DNA of 64,000 nucleotides from a virus. Positions within the stretch are counted from its first letter, which is position 1, and the number at the start of each line of letters is the position of its first letter. Shown here one piece after another: positions 19,741-29,700 of the stretch. The notes beneath the pieces were generated by a model. The model ran no database searches. It was not told where the DNA came from and saw nothing but the letters and a program-made list of their open reading frames with translations. The stretch spans positions 83,062 through 147,061 of IMG/VR virus record IMGVR_UViG_3300033146_000946; one strand, given 5' to 3'. A program made the translations under genes and the position numbers.

Positions 19741-20660
19741 CTATGAGCAGATAAACTAATATCTGACATTTCGACTATATCTTCAACTTTATATAACATA
19801 CATTTTGGTATATCAGATAAAAATGGTTTAATAAAATTATAAAAAAACTTTAAATCGTTTTCTTTACCTTTACATATAATAGATGTTCCATCTTCTCTAG
19901 CATCTATATCAAATGTTTTTAAAACATCAATAGCTTTTAATCTAAGTTTTTTATCACGTTTACAACATATTGAAATATTTTGATTATATGAACCATCATC
20001 TAAAAACCATAGTAACCAACCAAAATTGGTTAATTTAGTAATAGCTTCTAATTCAGATATAATATCTATATTTCCTAATGGTGTATAATAATCTCCATAA
20101 ATGTGACCTTGTTTATGTGTTCTTATATTAACAATTGAACTAGTTTTAGGATATGCTTTATTTAACATAGAAACTTTCCATTTTAAATATGGAATTTGTT
20201 TTTCTCCATGTATAATGCGTAATCCATGACTTTTCTTATTATAAGAACCATCTCCCAATAATTGAGAATAAATAATACTTCTATTATCTTCTCTAATAGG
20301 TACATAATTTGTATCTAATTTTTCACTTAAAATTTTTAATCTAGCTTTTTTAAAAGTAGATACTGAGAAATATCTATCAAATATACCTTTAGTTAAGTTA
20401 TTAGGTAAATTTAAAGTTTCAAAAAACATTTTACTATTTGATGATTCTAAAAGTATTTCAATTATTTCTTGTCTACTAGGAAATATATTTTTTATAATAT
20501 ATTCTCTTGGTGACATTTTAAAAATACTTTTAAATCTATTATAAATAGTTTTTTCACATACAGAATATTTATTTGTTAAATATTCTATTTTAGTAGCAAA
20601 ATAAGAATAGTCTTTCTTATTAATTGCTTCTTGTATAATTTTATTAAAATCATTTATCAT
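19734..20660 (-). CDS. Intron-encoded LAGLIDADG homing endonuclease
   Basis: SQLLGDGS and LWFLDDGS motifs; N-terminal HTH-like region; SD GAGG. Confidence 0.9.
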   Translation of the reverse strand: MINDFNKIIQEAINKKDYSYFATKIEYLTNKYSVCEKTIYNRFKSIFKMSPREYIIKNIFPSRQEIIEILLESSNSKMFFETLNLPNNLTKGIFDRYFSVSTFKKARLKILSEKLDTNYVPIREDNRSIIYSQLLGDGSYNKKSHGLRIIHGEKQIPYLKWKVSMLNKAYPKTSSIVNIRTHKQGHIYGDYYTPLGNIDIISELEAITKLTNFGWLLWFLDDGSYNQNISICCKRDKKLRLKAIDVLKTFDIDAREDGTSIICKGKENDLKFFYNFIKPFLSDIPKCMLYKVEDIVEMSDISLSAHRK

Positions 20661-20832
20661 TTTTATACCTCACATTATTATATAAAGTGCTTCGCACTAT
20701 TAGTCTGTGAACCTTCCTAATTTATAATTAGGCTTGGCTGCTGATTGTCCAACGCTTTCGCTTTAACAGAGTCCCAGCAGTTCACGAAGTTTTTTAACTT
20801 AGATCACTCTAAGCAGCTGCCAAATAATTCAA
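19741..20832 (-). mobile_element. Group I intron in nrdJ
   Basis: 5' exon ends in U within P1 (GCUGU/GCAGC, U.G pair); P GAACTGCTGGGA, Q AATCAGCAGC, R GTTCACAGACTA, S GAAGATATAGTC; terminal G at 19741; splicing restores NPCCEISL in frame. Confidence 0.93.
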
Positions 20833-21918
20833 ACAGCAAGGATTAGATCCTAATTCTTTATCATTAGTCCAATAAATACCAGGTTCACCAGCACCAGATG
20901 CTTTTACTTGTTTCCATATTTTATCAAATATATTTCTATCAACTTTATCATATTCAAGAACAATTGAATTATTTGCTCGACCTCTTTGTGGTTCAAAAAT
21001 ATACCAAGGTAATTTTTTTGATTCTTGATACTCAGTATATTGTGATTTAGAAATAAAAACTTCTTTTCTAACTCCATTATAAGAACCTTCAAGAATTACC
21101 ATGTCTCCTTCAAATCTAGGAGCCATAGTAGTTTCAAAATTAATATAACCTTTACAGTTTAACATTTCATTATCTTCAAGTGAAAATAAAGATATTAAAG
21201 CCGAACGTCTAATACCACCAGCTAATACTGCATCTGATATATAACATAATATGTCATGTACTTCTAACGGTGTTAAGTTAGTTTCACCTCGTGTTTCTAT
21301 AATTTTATCTAATTTTTCTGATACGATATCAATACATTCTTTTAATGGTTCTGGTCCAGGTGCTTTACCACCTGCTGTAACTAATTCAGTTCCTTTTGCT
21401 CTAATATCAGAATAATCAAAAACAATTCTTGATGAACCTTTAAAATATGATTTCATTAACATTTTAATTGACTCAGCCCAACCTTCTATTGAATCTCCAA
21501 TAAGATATCTTTTATGTTTTTTAGAAGATGGCGCTTTAACTGTAGGTAATTTTTCTACATGATGTTGTTGTACACTAAATCCAACACCAGATCCACCAAG
21601 TAAATTAAACATAGTTTCATTAAATACAGATGGATGATCAGCAGCAACATATGCACAATTATAAATTCGGTTTGGTGCTACTTCAATTGCTCTTCCAGCA
21701 AATTGTAAGCTTCTCATACTTGGAAATATTTTTTTTGGTATTACAAATTTTCCATATAATTCATATATTTCATCTGCAATATTAGGATATCGTTTTGCAT
21801 GCATATCAGCGTTTCTTTGACAAATCTCAATCCAGTTTTCTCGTCGTTGTAATGATTTATTATATTTAGCATATTTACTATAAATCACAATCTGTGATAA
21901 AAATTCTTTTGAATCCAT
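20833..21918 (-). CDS. nrdJ: Class II ribonucleotide reductase, exon 1
   Basis: PSMRSLQFAG, IYNCAY, GSGVGFSV, AGGIRRSALI, GEPG, SNPCC; spliced product 673 aa. Confidence 0.92.
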
Positions 21919-21937
21919 TAAACCTCCATAATAAAGA

Positions 21938-21961
21938 TAAAAAAAGGAACTTTTGTTCCTT
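21938..21961 (-). terminator. Probable terminator
   Basis: AAGGAAC/GTTCCTT hairpin with U tail on minus. Confidence 0.6.
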
Positions 21962-21991
21962 ATATTTTGAGTGAGTATTTTATAGTATACA

Positions 21992-22357
21992 TTATATTTT
22001 ATGTTTTTGCTGAATTATTTTTTGCTGTATACTACCATTTAATTGTGTGTCTAATTTTAACATTATTTTTTTTAAATTATCTAATTCGTTTTTAATATTA
22101 TTATAATCTTCTTTTAATTTAATATTTTCTTGTAATATTATTTTTAATTCTGCACCTGATAATTCATAATCTGGTTCAAATACAAAATGAGCATTATCAT
22201 TTATATATATTTGTTGAGTATATTCATTATTAAAAGCTGCTATATAACTTGGATTACTAATATATATTGAAGATAATAAATTATCATCTTGAGTTACTCT
22301 AATTTCACCACTTGGTATTATTTGTGAATTATCTATTTGTGGATTTCTAATATTCAT
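21992..22357 (-). CDS. Hypothetical protein with C-terminal coiled coil
   Basis: 121 aa; starts MNIR. Confidence 0.65.
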   Translation of the reverse strand: MNIRNPQIDNSQIIPSGEIRVTQDDNLLSSIYISNPSYIAAFNNEYTQQIYINDNAHFVFEPDYELSGAELKIILQENIKLKEDYNNIKNELDNLKKIMLKLDTQLNGSIQQKIIQQKHKI

Positions 22358-22359
22358 AT

Positions 22360-22701
22360 TTAATCCTTTATTAAATTATCTAAATTTCCATTACGCCATG
22401 TATCACAAAGTGTATAACCTTCTGATCTTTCAGTTTCATATTGTAAAACATAACCACCAGATGAAGGAATAATATTTTTTAATATAATATAATTTTTGGA
22501 TTTAATTGAATGGATACCTCTTTTAGTACCAGGAATATAAATTCGATTATGGCAATTAGGACATAAAGTGACAAGATTAAATTTATTATTCTTGCCACCT
22601 TGTGATTTTGGAATTATATGGTGAAAATGTATTTGATGTTTATCTAATGTTGTATAAACACAACCAGGTGCTTCACATTTATATACTGTTAATTCTTTCA
22701 T
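22360..22701 (-). CDS. HNH endonuclease
   Basis: HFHHIIPKSQGG...NLVTLCPNCH. Confidence 0.88.
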   Translation of the reverse strand: MKELTVYKCEAPGCVYTTLDKHQIHFHHIIPKSQGGKNNKFNLVTLCPNCHNRIYIPGTKRGIHSIKSKNYIILKNIIPSSGGYVLQYETERSEGYTLCDTWRNGNLDNLIKD

Positions 22702-23035
22702 CTAAATCTTCCCAAGGAATAAATAAAATTATACGTTGATCTTTTTCATGCATTACAAATTGAGCTCTATCTAAAATATTTTTTTCTTCTTTTGTTTCAG
22801 GAATTAACTTTACAAAATCTTCATAATCATTATCTTTATCAATATAATTTTCATCTTCATAATAATAATTAAAAGATATATATTCATTATCATCTATAGG
22901 AACATTTAAATAATAAGTAGTAGAATCAGGATATACATATTTATAAATTGTATTAATTATTAATTTTGGAAATTTTCCATCATAATCATAATGTGCAGAT
23001 TGAATAATTTTATTATTTTTTATTTTAAGTTTCAT
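22679..23035 (-). CDS. Hypothetical protein
   Basis: 118-aa ORF within the operon. Confidence 0.65.
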   Translation of the reverse strand: MKLKIKNNKIIQSAHYDYDGKFPKLIINTIYKYVYPDSTTYYLNVPIDDNEYISFNYYYEDENYIDKDNDYEDFVKLIPETKEEKNILDRAQFVMHEKDQRIILFIPWEDLDERINSI

Positions 23036-23043
23036 AATATATC

Positions 23044-23793
23044 CTAATGAATATGATAATCGTATAAGTTATTAATAACTCGATCATAATCTAAATGAAC
23101 TTTTTTAAACATAAATCTAAATCGATGCCACCAAGCACCAGGTAATTGCATAAGTTTAGAATTATAAGGATGTTCATAACCCATTTCAATAGGTGGAACA
23201 TCACATACTATATCATGTGTAAAAAATACTCGCAGATAATCGATTGAATTATTTACCAAATATTCAGCAAGATTTCTATCAGCTATTCTAGGTTGACCAT
23301 ATGTTGTAACATATAATGTTAAATGATCAGCATAGTTATTTAATTTTAACAAAGTAGCAGCCATTAATGCTAACGCTCCACCTCTAGAATGACCTATAAA
23401 ATTATTATCTTTTGCTGTATTTAATTTTTCTTTAATTAAATCTATTAATTTAATAGATTTTTTATTTTTAGTATTATATTTATATAAATCTAATAAAGAT
23501 AAATAAAAACCTTGATGAAATTTAATATCATTAATATTAATTCCTATAGCATCAAAATTATTAAGCCAATCTATAACATCATTAGATCCAAGAAATATAA
23601 AATTTATTTCTTTAGAATTTTCTGCGATATACATCACATCATTTCCTATAACGTATCTTTTAAAATGATATACATTATTTCTTTGATTTTTTAAATGTAA
23701 TTTGATAGTTGCAGCATGTGCTCCATCTGTATACATTTTTTGGGCAAAATGATAAAGTTGCCAATGATTAAATGTTCTATCTAATTTATTCAT
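23044..23793 (-). CDS. Lipase class 3 (alpha/beta hydrolase)
   Basis: FLGSNDVIDW, FHQGF, GHSRGG nucleophile elbow, TYGQPR, HDIV, C-terminal His. Confidence 0.88.
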   Translation of the reverse strand: MNKLDRTFNHWQLYHFAQKMYTDGAHAATIKLHLKNQRNNVYHFKRYVIGNDVMYIAENSKEINFIFLGSNDVIDWLNNFDAIGININDIKFHQGFYLSLLDLYKYNTKNKKSIKLIDLIKEKLNTAKDNNFIGHSRGGALALMAATLLKLNNYADHLTLYVTTYGQPRIADRNLAEYLVNNSIDYLRVFFTHDIVCDVPPIEMGYEHPYNSKLMQLPGAWWHRFRFMFKKVHLDYDRVINNLYDYHIH

Positions 23794-24514
23794 TTAATTC
23801 CTCATATTTATTTGATTTTTTAAGATTATCTTCAGCAGATAATATTTGCATATTAGTATAGTGAAAACATTTTTCTTGTTCTTCAGGTTTTGACAAATCA
23901 AACATTGAACAAGGTTTAATATGATCAATATGATATTCTTGTCCAGAATAATTATGTATATCAAAATCTAAGTATCCATTATCAATTGCTGTTTGTTGTA
24001 AATGATTTTTAAATTCTTCTATAAAACAACCTAATAATTTCATTGTTGATTTAGATTTAATATTATTTTTTAAAGTTTGGTTTATTCTTTGTCGTAATCT
24101 ATTACCTATAAGTATATTAACATTGTTTTTTCTTTTATTCATTTCATTACTATAACCATATTTTTTTCTAAATTTCATTTTATAAAAATATGATTCATTA
24201 TATACACATTGTTTACATTTCTTTGAAATATTAAAATATCTATAACGTGTATGCTTTGAATAAAAAAAATTATTTAATGATTTAATCTCCTTACATTGTT
24301 TACATTTAGCACCATTATGTTTTATGAAATTAATTCTATCTATTACATAATTTGGAAAATTTTGTTTTATTCTATATTTAACTTTACTAAGTTTAGATAT
24401 ATCATTAATATTGTAATACTCTCTTATAGCTGCAGTTAATGTTGAATATTTAAGTGTTATAAATAATTGATATATATTATATAAATCTTCTTTTTTAAAT
24501 GTTTCATTATACAT
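23786..24514 (-). CDS. HNH-type homing endonuclease
   Basis: CKQC...CKQC; STMKLLGC; HIDHIKPCSMFDL...CFHYTNMQIL...NLKKSNK. Confidence 0.85.
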   Translation of the reverse strand: MYNETFKKEDLYNIYQLFITLKYSTLTAAIREYYNINDISKLSKVKYRIKQNFPNYVIDRINFIKHNGAKCKQCKEIKSLNNFFYSKHTRYRYFNISKKCKQCVYNESYFYKMKFRKKYGYSNEMNKRKNNVNILIGNRLRQRINQTLKNNIKSKSTMKLLGCFIEEFKNHLQQTAIDNGYLDFDIHNYSGQEYHIDHIKPCSMFDLSKPEEQEKCFHYTNMQILSAEDNLKKSNKYEELNE

Positions 24515-24523
24515 AATATACTC

Positions 24524-25177
24524 CTAATGTTTTCTAAAAGCTATATTATATTTTTTGTCTACCATACATAAATTACAAGATTTACAACTACCAGGACATA
24601 ATTTATATCCTTCTGGTATTTCTTCATTTTTATCTAATATAGTTGTCATACCATTATTACCTTTATTATGTCCAGAACCTTTAACTAAAAAAGATACATT
24701 TTTAAAATTAAGATCTTTTCTAGATGTATAACCATAAACTACAATTCCAAAATTTCTTAATTTTTTAGCAATAACATCTAGTTTTTTAATATCATGTTGA
24801 TCCCAAAAATCTCCAGCTTCATTAAATCTAATATATTTAATAGGTATACTAGATTTTTTATCAGCTATTTTTTTAATAATATCATTAGATATAGTAGTAG
24901 CTGAATTATTTCTCCAATAATTAAATTGTCTTTGTCGATAAGGTTCAACTTGTTTATATAATTGTTCTGCTTTTAAAGCATAACATTTAGCACCATTTTT
25001 AACAGCATTACACATTCCAAGTTCTTTACTTGGACAATTAGTAGCTGATCCCATATTTAAAATTAAAGTATTTTTACCAAGTTTAGTATTACCTATTGAT
25101 ATTTCTAATATATTTGAATCATTTGTAACTAATGCCATTTTTTTTAAAAGTTTATTTATTTTTTGTAATTTATTCAT
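24524..25177 (-). CDS. Gp88-like (radical-SAM-related) phage protein
   Basis: CP...C...CYA, IRFNEAGDF, YGYT, CPGSCKSCNLC. Confidence 0.7.
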   Translation of the reverse strand: MNKLQKINKLLKKMALVTNDSNILEISIGNTKLGKNTLILNMGSATNCPSKELGMCNAVKNGAKCYALKAEQLYKQVEPYRQRQFNYWRNNSATTISNDIIKKIADKKSSIPIKYIRFNEAGDFWDQHDIKKLDVIAKKLRNFGIVVYGYTSRKDLNFKNVSFLVKGSGHNKGNNGMTTILDKNEEIPEGYKLCPGSCKSCNLCMVDKKYNIAFRKH

Positions 25178-25178
25178 T

Positions 25179-25529
25179 TTATTTTTCCTTATATAATTCT
25201 TTTAATTTTGATATTATATCTAAAATTTCAATTAATTTTTTATGTATTTTCATAGATAGTATTTTTTTTATTATTTTTATATGTTTAAATAATTTAAATA
25301 CTTTAAATATAGGTAATAATAATATAATATCAAACCAATAATTTTTAAAAAAATCTTTTTTATTATTATATATAATAAAAAGATATATTAATTCTATTAT
25401 ATAATAGAATGAAATAATATATAAAATATTATGTATAATATTATTTTTAAATTTAAATGATAAAAAAAATACTATTACCCATATTATAAATATTATATAT
25501 TTGATAATTTTATTAAATTTTAAATTCAT
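25179..25529 (-). CDS. Membrane protein resembling an ion-channel voltage-sensor fragment
   Basis: Hydrophobic helices, then FFKNYWFDIILLLPIFKVFKLFKHIKIIK with a basic residue every third position. Confidence 0.5.
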   Translation of the reverse strand: MNLKFNKIIKYIIFIIWVIVFFLSFKFKNNIIHNILYIISFYYIIELIYLFIIYNNKKDFFKNYWFDIILLLPIFKVFKLFKHIKIIKKILSMKIHKKLIEILDIISKLKELYKEK

Positions 25530-25857
25530 TACAATTTATTATTTTTATAGTTATATTTAATTTTTTTATTTTATTTACATATTTTAACATTTTAGCTTTA
25601 TTAAAATCATGTTTAGTAAAACATAATAAAAATATACCTGGTTTTTTTCCAGTAAATGTACTATATGCTAATGCTTGACCGATTGCTTCATACCATTTAC
25701 AAGCAAAATCTACTTCATATGCATGCGACTTTGTAATTATATCAACACTTAATCCATTATCTAATTTATATTCAATTTTACCATTAATAATATCAGCTAA
25801 TTTGATCTGATATTGTTGTTCTGATAATTCTTTTTTTTTAGTATTATTAATAATCAT
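25513..25857 (-). CDS. Small PD-(D/E)XK-like nuclease domain
   Basis: VDII...YEVD...KWYEAIGQALAY. Confidence 0.65.
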   Translation of the reverse strand: MIINNTKKKELSEQQYQIKLADIINGKIEYKLDNGLSVDIITKSHAYEVDFACKWYEAIGQALAYSTFTGKKPGIFLLCFTKHDFNKAKMLKYVNKIKKLNITIKIINCNEFKI

Positions 25858-25859
25858 AA

Positions 25860-26267
25860 TTAAATCTCATAATATTTTAATACTTTAATTAATTCTTTTT
25901 TTAATTCGCAAATATCGTTAATAGAAGTGATAGAATGTTTAGTTTCATTTCTATTTTCATCAAATGTACCAATATACATTTTAGATGATTCTAAATATAA
26001 TCTAGCAAGTGGTTTTCTATTATTATCATCTAATAATATACCACAATATTTTATTTTATCTCTTAAAATAATTCTAGAAGGATTAATTTTTGAAGATAAT
26101 AATCCAATAATTATTCCATATGAAATCAATTCTTCATCAGTTGTTTGTATTCTAACTTCTGATTCTTGTTGTACTTCAATTTCATCTATTTCTTCTTCTG
26201 CTATAATTCCTTCTATATTATTAATATTATCAGTATTTTTTTTAAAAAGTTTTTTAAAAATCTCCAT
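25860..26267 (-). CDS. Stand-alone C-terminal domain of the HsdR-N-type endonuclease family
   Basis: IQTTDEEL...RD...YCGILLDDNNRKPLARLY, recalled as the C-terminus of that family. Confidence 0.6.
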   Translation of the reverse strand: MEIFKKLFKKNTDNINNIEGIIAEEEIDEIEVQQESEVRIQTTDEELISYGIIIGLLSSKINPSRIILRDKIKYCGILLDDNNRKPLARLYLESSKMYIGTFDENRNETKHSITSINDICELKKELIKVLKYYEI

Positions 26268-26278
26268 TTAATTCTCCT

Positions 26279-26722
26279 TTACCAACTACTGATATAATAC
26301 AATGTATCTATTTCAAAATTTACTGGTTCTATAATACCATCTCCAAATGTTTCTTGTAATTCTTCACCATTTAAAATTTTATATATTTTATCATAAGTAT
26401 TTACAATATCTTCAATAAAATATTCATCTATATCTGTTGAACCAAAAAAGAATCCAGCAGTTGGTGGTAAATTTTCATTTATATAATCCAAATCATCTGA
26501 ATTATCTTTTATATATTTTAATATATCTAATAATGTTTCAAGAATATCTCTTGTTAATTTATAATAATTACAGTCATCAATATTATCTTGTACATTTCTA
26601 ACAAACCAATTATGTAATGCATTGAATTTTCGCCAATAAGCTATTTCTTCAAGATCATCATAATTGGGTTCAGATTTATTAGTTTGTTGATGTTCACGAT
26701 ACATCATCATATCTAAACCCAT
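26279..26722 (-). CDS. Conserved phage protein (MGLD/YWRK family)
   Basis: MGLDM, YWRKFNALHNWF, LPPTAGFFFG, YISSW. Confidence 0.8.
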   Translation of the reverse strand: MGLDMMMYREHQQTNKSEPNYDDLEEIAYWRKFNALHNWFVRNVQDNIDDCNYYKLTRDILETLLDILKYIKDNSDDLDYINENLPPTAGFFFGSTDIDEYFIEDIVNTYDKIYKILNGEELQETFGDGIIEPVNFEIDTLYYISSW

Positions 26723-26731
26723 ATTATCTCC

Positions 26732-29700
26732 TTATTCAAAATCATGATTAACTTTATCTAATTTAACTTTATCTGGAATATCATCTAAACCAATATCGAT
26801 AAATAAAGATTGTTGTTTAACACGAGAGATGTTAAATTTATTTAACATCTTATCTATTTGTTTATTATAATAACTAATATCTATTTCAGATATGTCCTTA
26901 GCTAATTTAATAAATTTATAATTTTCACCAGTTTTTTTCTCATAAAACTTTTTAAATTTTGGATCAGTTAAAGGTTTACACGTAATAATGTAAGGAATAG
27001 TTGTATCAACTGCAGGTTTAGAATGAGTAAGATGTTCATATTGAGCTGCTAAAAATGCAACTTGACCAGTTTTATCATCGTATTCATCTAAATCTTTATT
27101 TAATCTAATCCTATATTCAAAATCCTTTAATTCTAATCCAGTAAAATCATATGCTTCTCTAATAACTTCTTCCATTGGTTTATTATTAAACCAATATTCA
27201 ATAGCTAAATCACGAGCCCTATCTTGTACATAACAATTACGAGATGATTTTAATGAAGATCCATGTAAGTGAGTATGTCCTTCAATTTCAACAACATAAT
27301 TTTTCATAGCACAAAAATAAGCTGGTCCTACAATATCTAGTTCCATTTGCATATAATTTTCATCAATACCAAATTGATTAATCATTAATTGATCTAACCA
27401 TTTATTAGTTTCTTCTTCAGAAATCCATTTATCAATAGCAAGACCATCAGTATTATGTAAAACTATATTACCTAATGCTGTAACAAAAGTTCCATCATCA
27501 GTTGATATATCATAAACATATGTATCATTTTTATTAGATATTATTATATTATTTTTAATAACTAAACCATTAGAATAATCTTCATCATTATATCTAACAC
27601 ATCTATATGTATTACCATTATTAACTAAATATATTTTACAATCATTAAATATAAATTGTATACCAGCAGCTAATGTTTTAGATGAGGTATCAATATATCT
27701 ATTTTTACGCATACTATAAGGTTTAATTGCATACGTTGAATCAGCTAATAAACCACCAATAAATGCATCACCTTTTTCGACATTGTTTATAATATCAATA
27801 GGCACTTTACTATATCCATTTTTTGTATATAATTTTTTAATTAAAAACTCATATATTTTAAAACTATTTTTACCCCAAGGTATAAGTTCATAATGATTTC
27901 TAAATTCTGTTGTTCTAAATCTACATTCAAATTTTGAACCAATATATAAATTTAGTAATTTAACAATGTTTGTTTTTATATGTTTATATTTTTTACTTAA
28001 AATTAATTTTGTTTTTAAAGTTCTAAATCTAGTTTTATATGTATCTATTTTAATATTATTAAGTAAAAATCCATATAACCATGCTAATTCATTATTTATA
28101 AAATTATTATTTGGTATATAAAAATAATCAGTTAATTCAATATGACTTTTATTTACGATAATATCTTTTGGTGTTAATTCTTCTTCATTATTATTAAATA
28201 AAGAATGATCTTCTGTTATATCAACAAAACCATTTTTTATTCTAGTTCTATATATATTTTTTGATACTTCATGTCGTTTCGTATAATTAATATCAGCCCA
28301 ACCATGTCTAGTTAAAGCTTTAATAGGTTCAACTACTTCATAATTTTTAGCATCACCTCTATGTATATCTTCAATAGGAATTATATCTACCATATTCATA
28401 AATTTATTTTTAACCCAAATAGGAGTATCACCAGTTACACTATCGAGTTCTACTAATTCATCTTCGTATTTAACAATAGTTTTACCAGTAGTATATCTAC
28501 ACATTGCTGTAATAGTTGCACCAGTTATAGTATCACCATATGTTGAACTTTTTAAACCTTGAATACCATAAATAGAATTCAAAATAATTTTAATAGCAAG
28601 CTGTTGAGAATCAAGCATAGGAACTAATTCAGGATTAGTTTTAGCTGCTTCTTTCATCTCTTTTTTAATAGCTTTACGTTCAGCCCAAAGCATCTTAATT
28701 TCTTTTTTAAGAATACCTTCAATATCATTTCTAACACGAACTACGAGATCTACACCAAAGTTTTTATCTGGAAATGAATGCCAATCATATTTAGCAGTCT
28801 TTTTAAATTTGTATTTACCAGTATAAGGTCTAACTTCAATTAATTTAGTTGTATCAGGTCCTAAATTAAAAGTACATATAGCAGAAGGATACATAGATGT
28901 AAAGTCAAGTTTATATGTATCTTCAAATTTACCATATTTATATAAACCAACGAGTGCACCTTGATATTTTAATTCTTTATTATCATATTTTCTAAATTGA
29001 TATCTAGTACCAGTTCTAGAATTATATTTACTAAAATTAGTTTCAGTAGATATAAGTTTATTTTTATAAAAGTTACGAGCTAAAAATATTTTAGGTATAA
29101 AAGATGGATAACTATTCATAGTATCATTTAAAGATACTTGAACTTTTTCAGCAAGTGTTATATCATTTCTAATATAAACAGCACCTACATGTTCAGTTCT
29201 AATAACATCTGCTTTTTGATATGACCATAATAAATCTGGATTTTCAGTTCTAACTTTTTCAGTATTTCTAATAGCATCTTCAAGTTCAACATCAGCATCT
29301 TTATCAAGTGGTACTTTATAATGTCGTGCTAATGTTTTTAATGATTTATTTTTAAGACCATATAATGATTGATCTTTAAGAACTTTAAGATACATATCAT
29401 AATGTATTCTACCATTAATAAATATTTGACCTCTGTCATTTATAAATGGAGATTTATTTTCTCGAGCAAAACCTTGCATAGATACTTTTCTAATTTTACA
29501 TCGATTATAAAAATAAGGAAAGTCAAATATTTCTGAGTTATATCCAGCTAATATATCAACATCCCATTTTCTCATAGCTTCTACAAAATCTTGTAGAATA
29601 AATAAATCTGTTTTATCTTCGTCATAATTATTAAGTAATGTATAATTTAACTTTTCCTTTGATCCATCAGGATGATAATCCCAAATAGAAAATCCTATAC

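Noticed and set aside
18805-21918. nrdJ as a broken pseudogene or two separate genes
   Set aside because: Group I intron elements and in-frame rejoining of NPCCEISL explain the split
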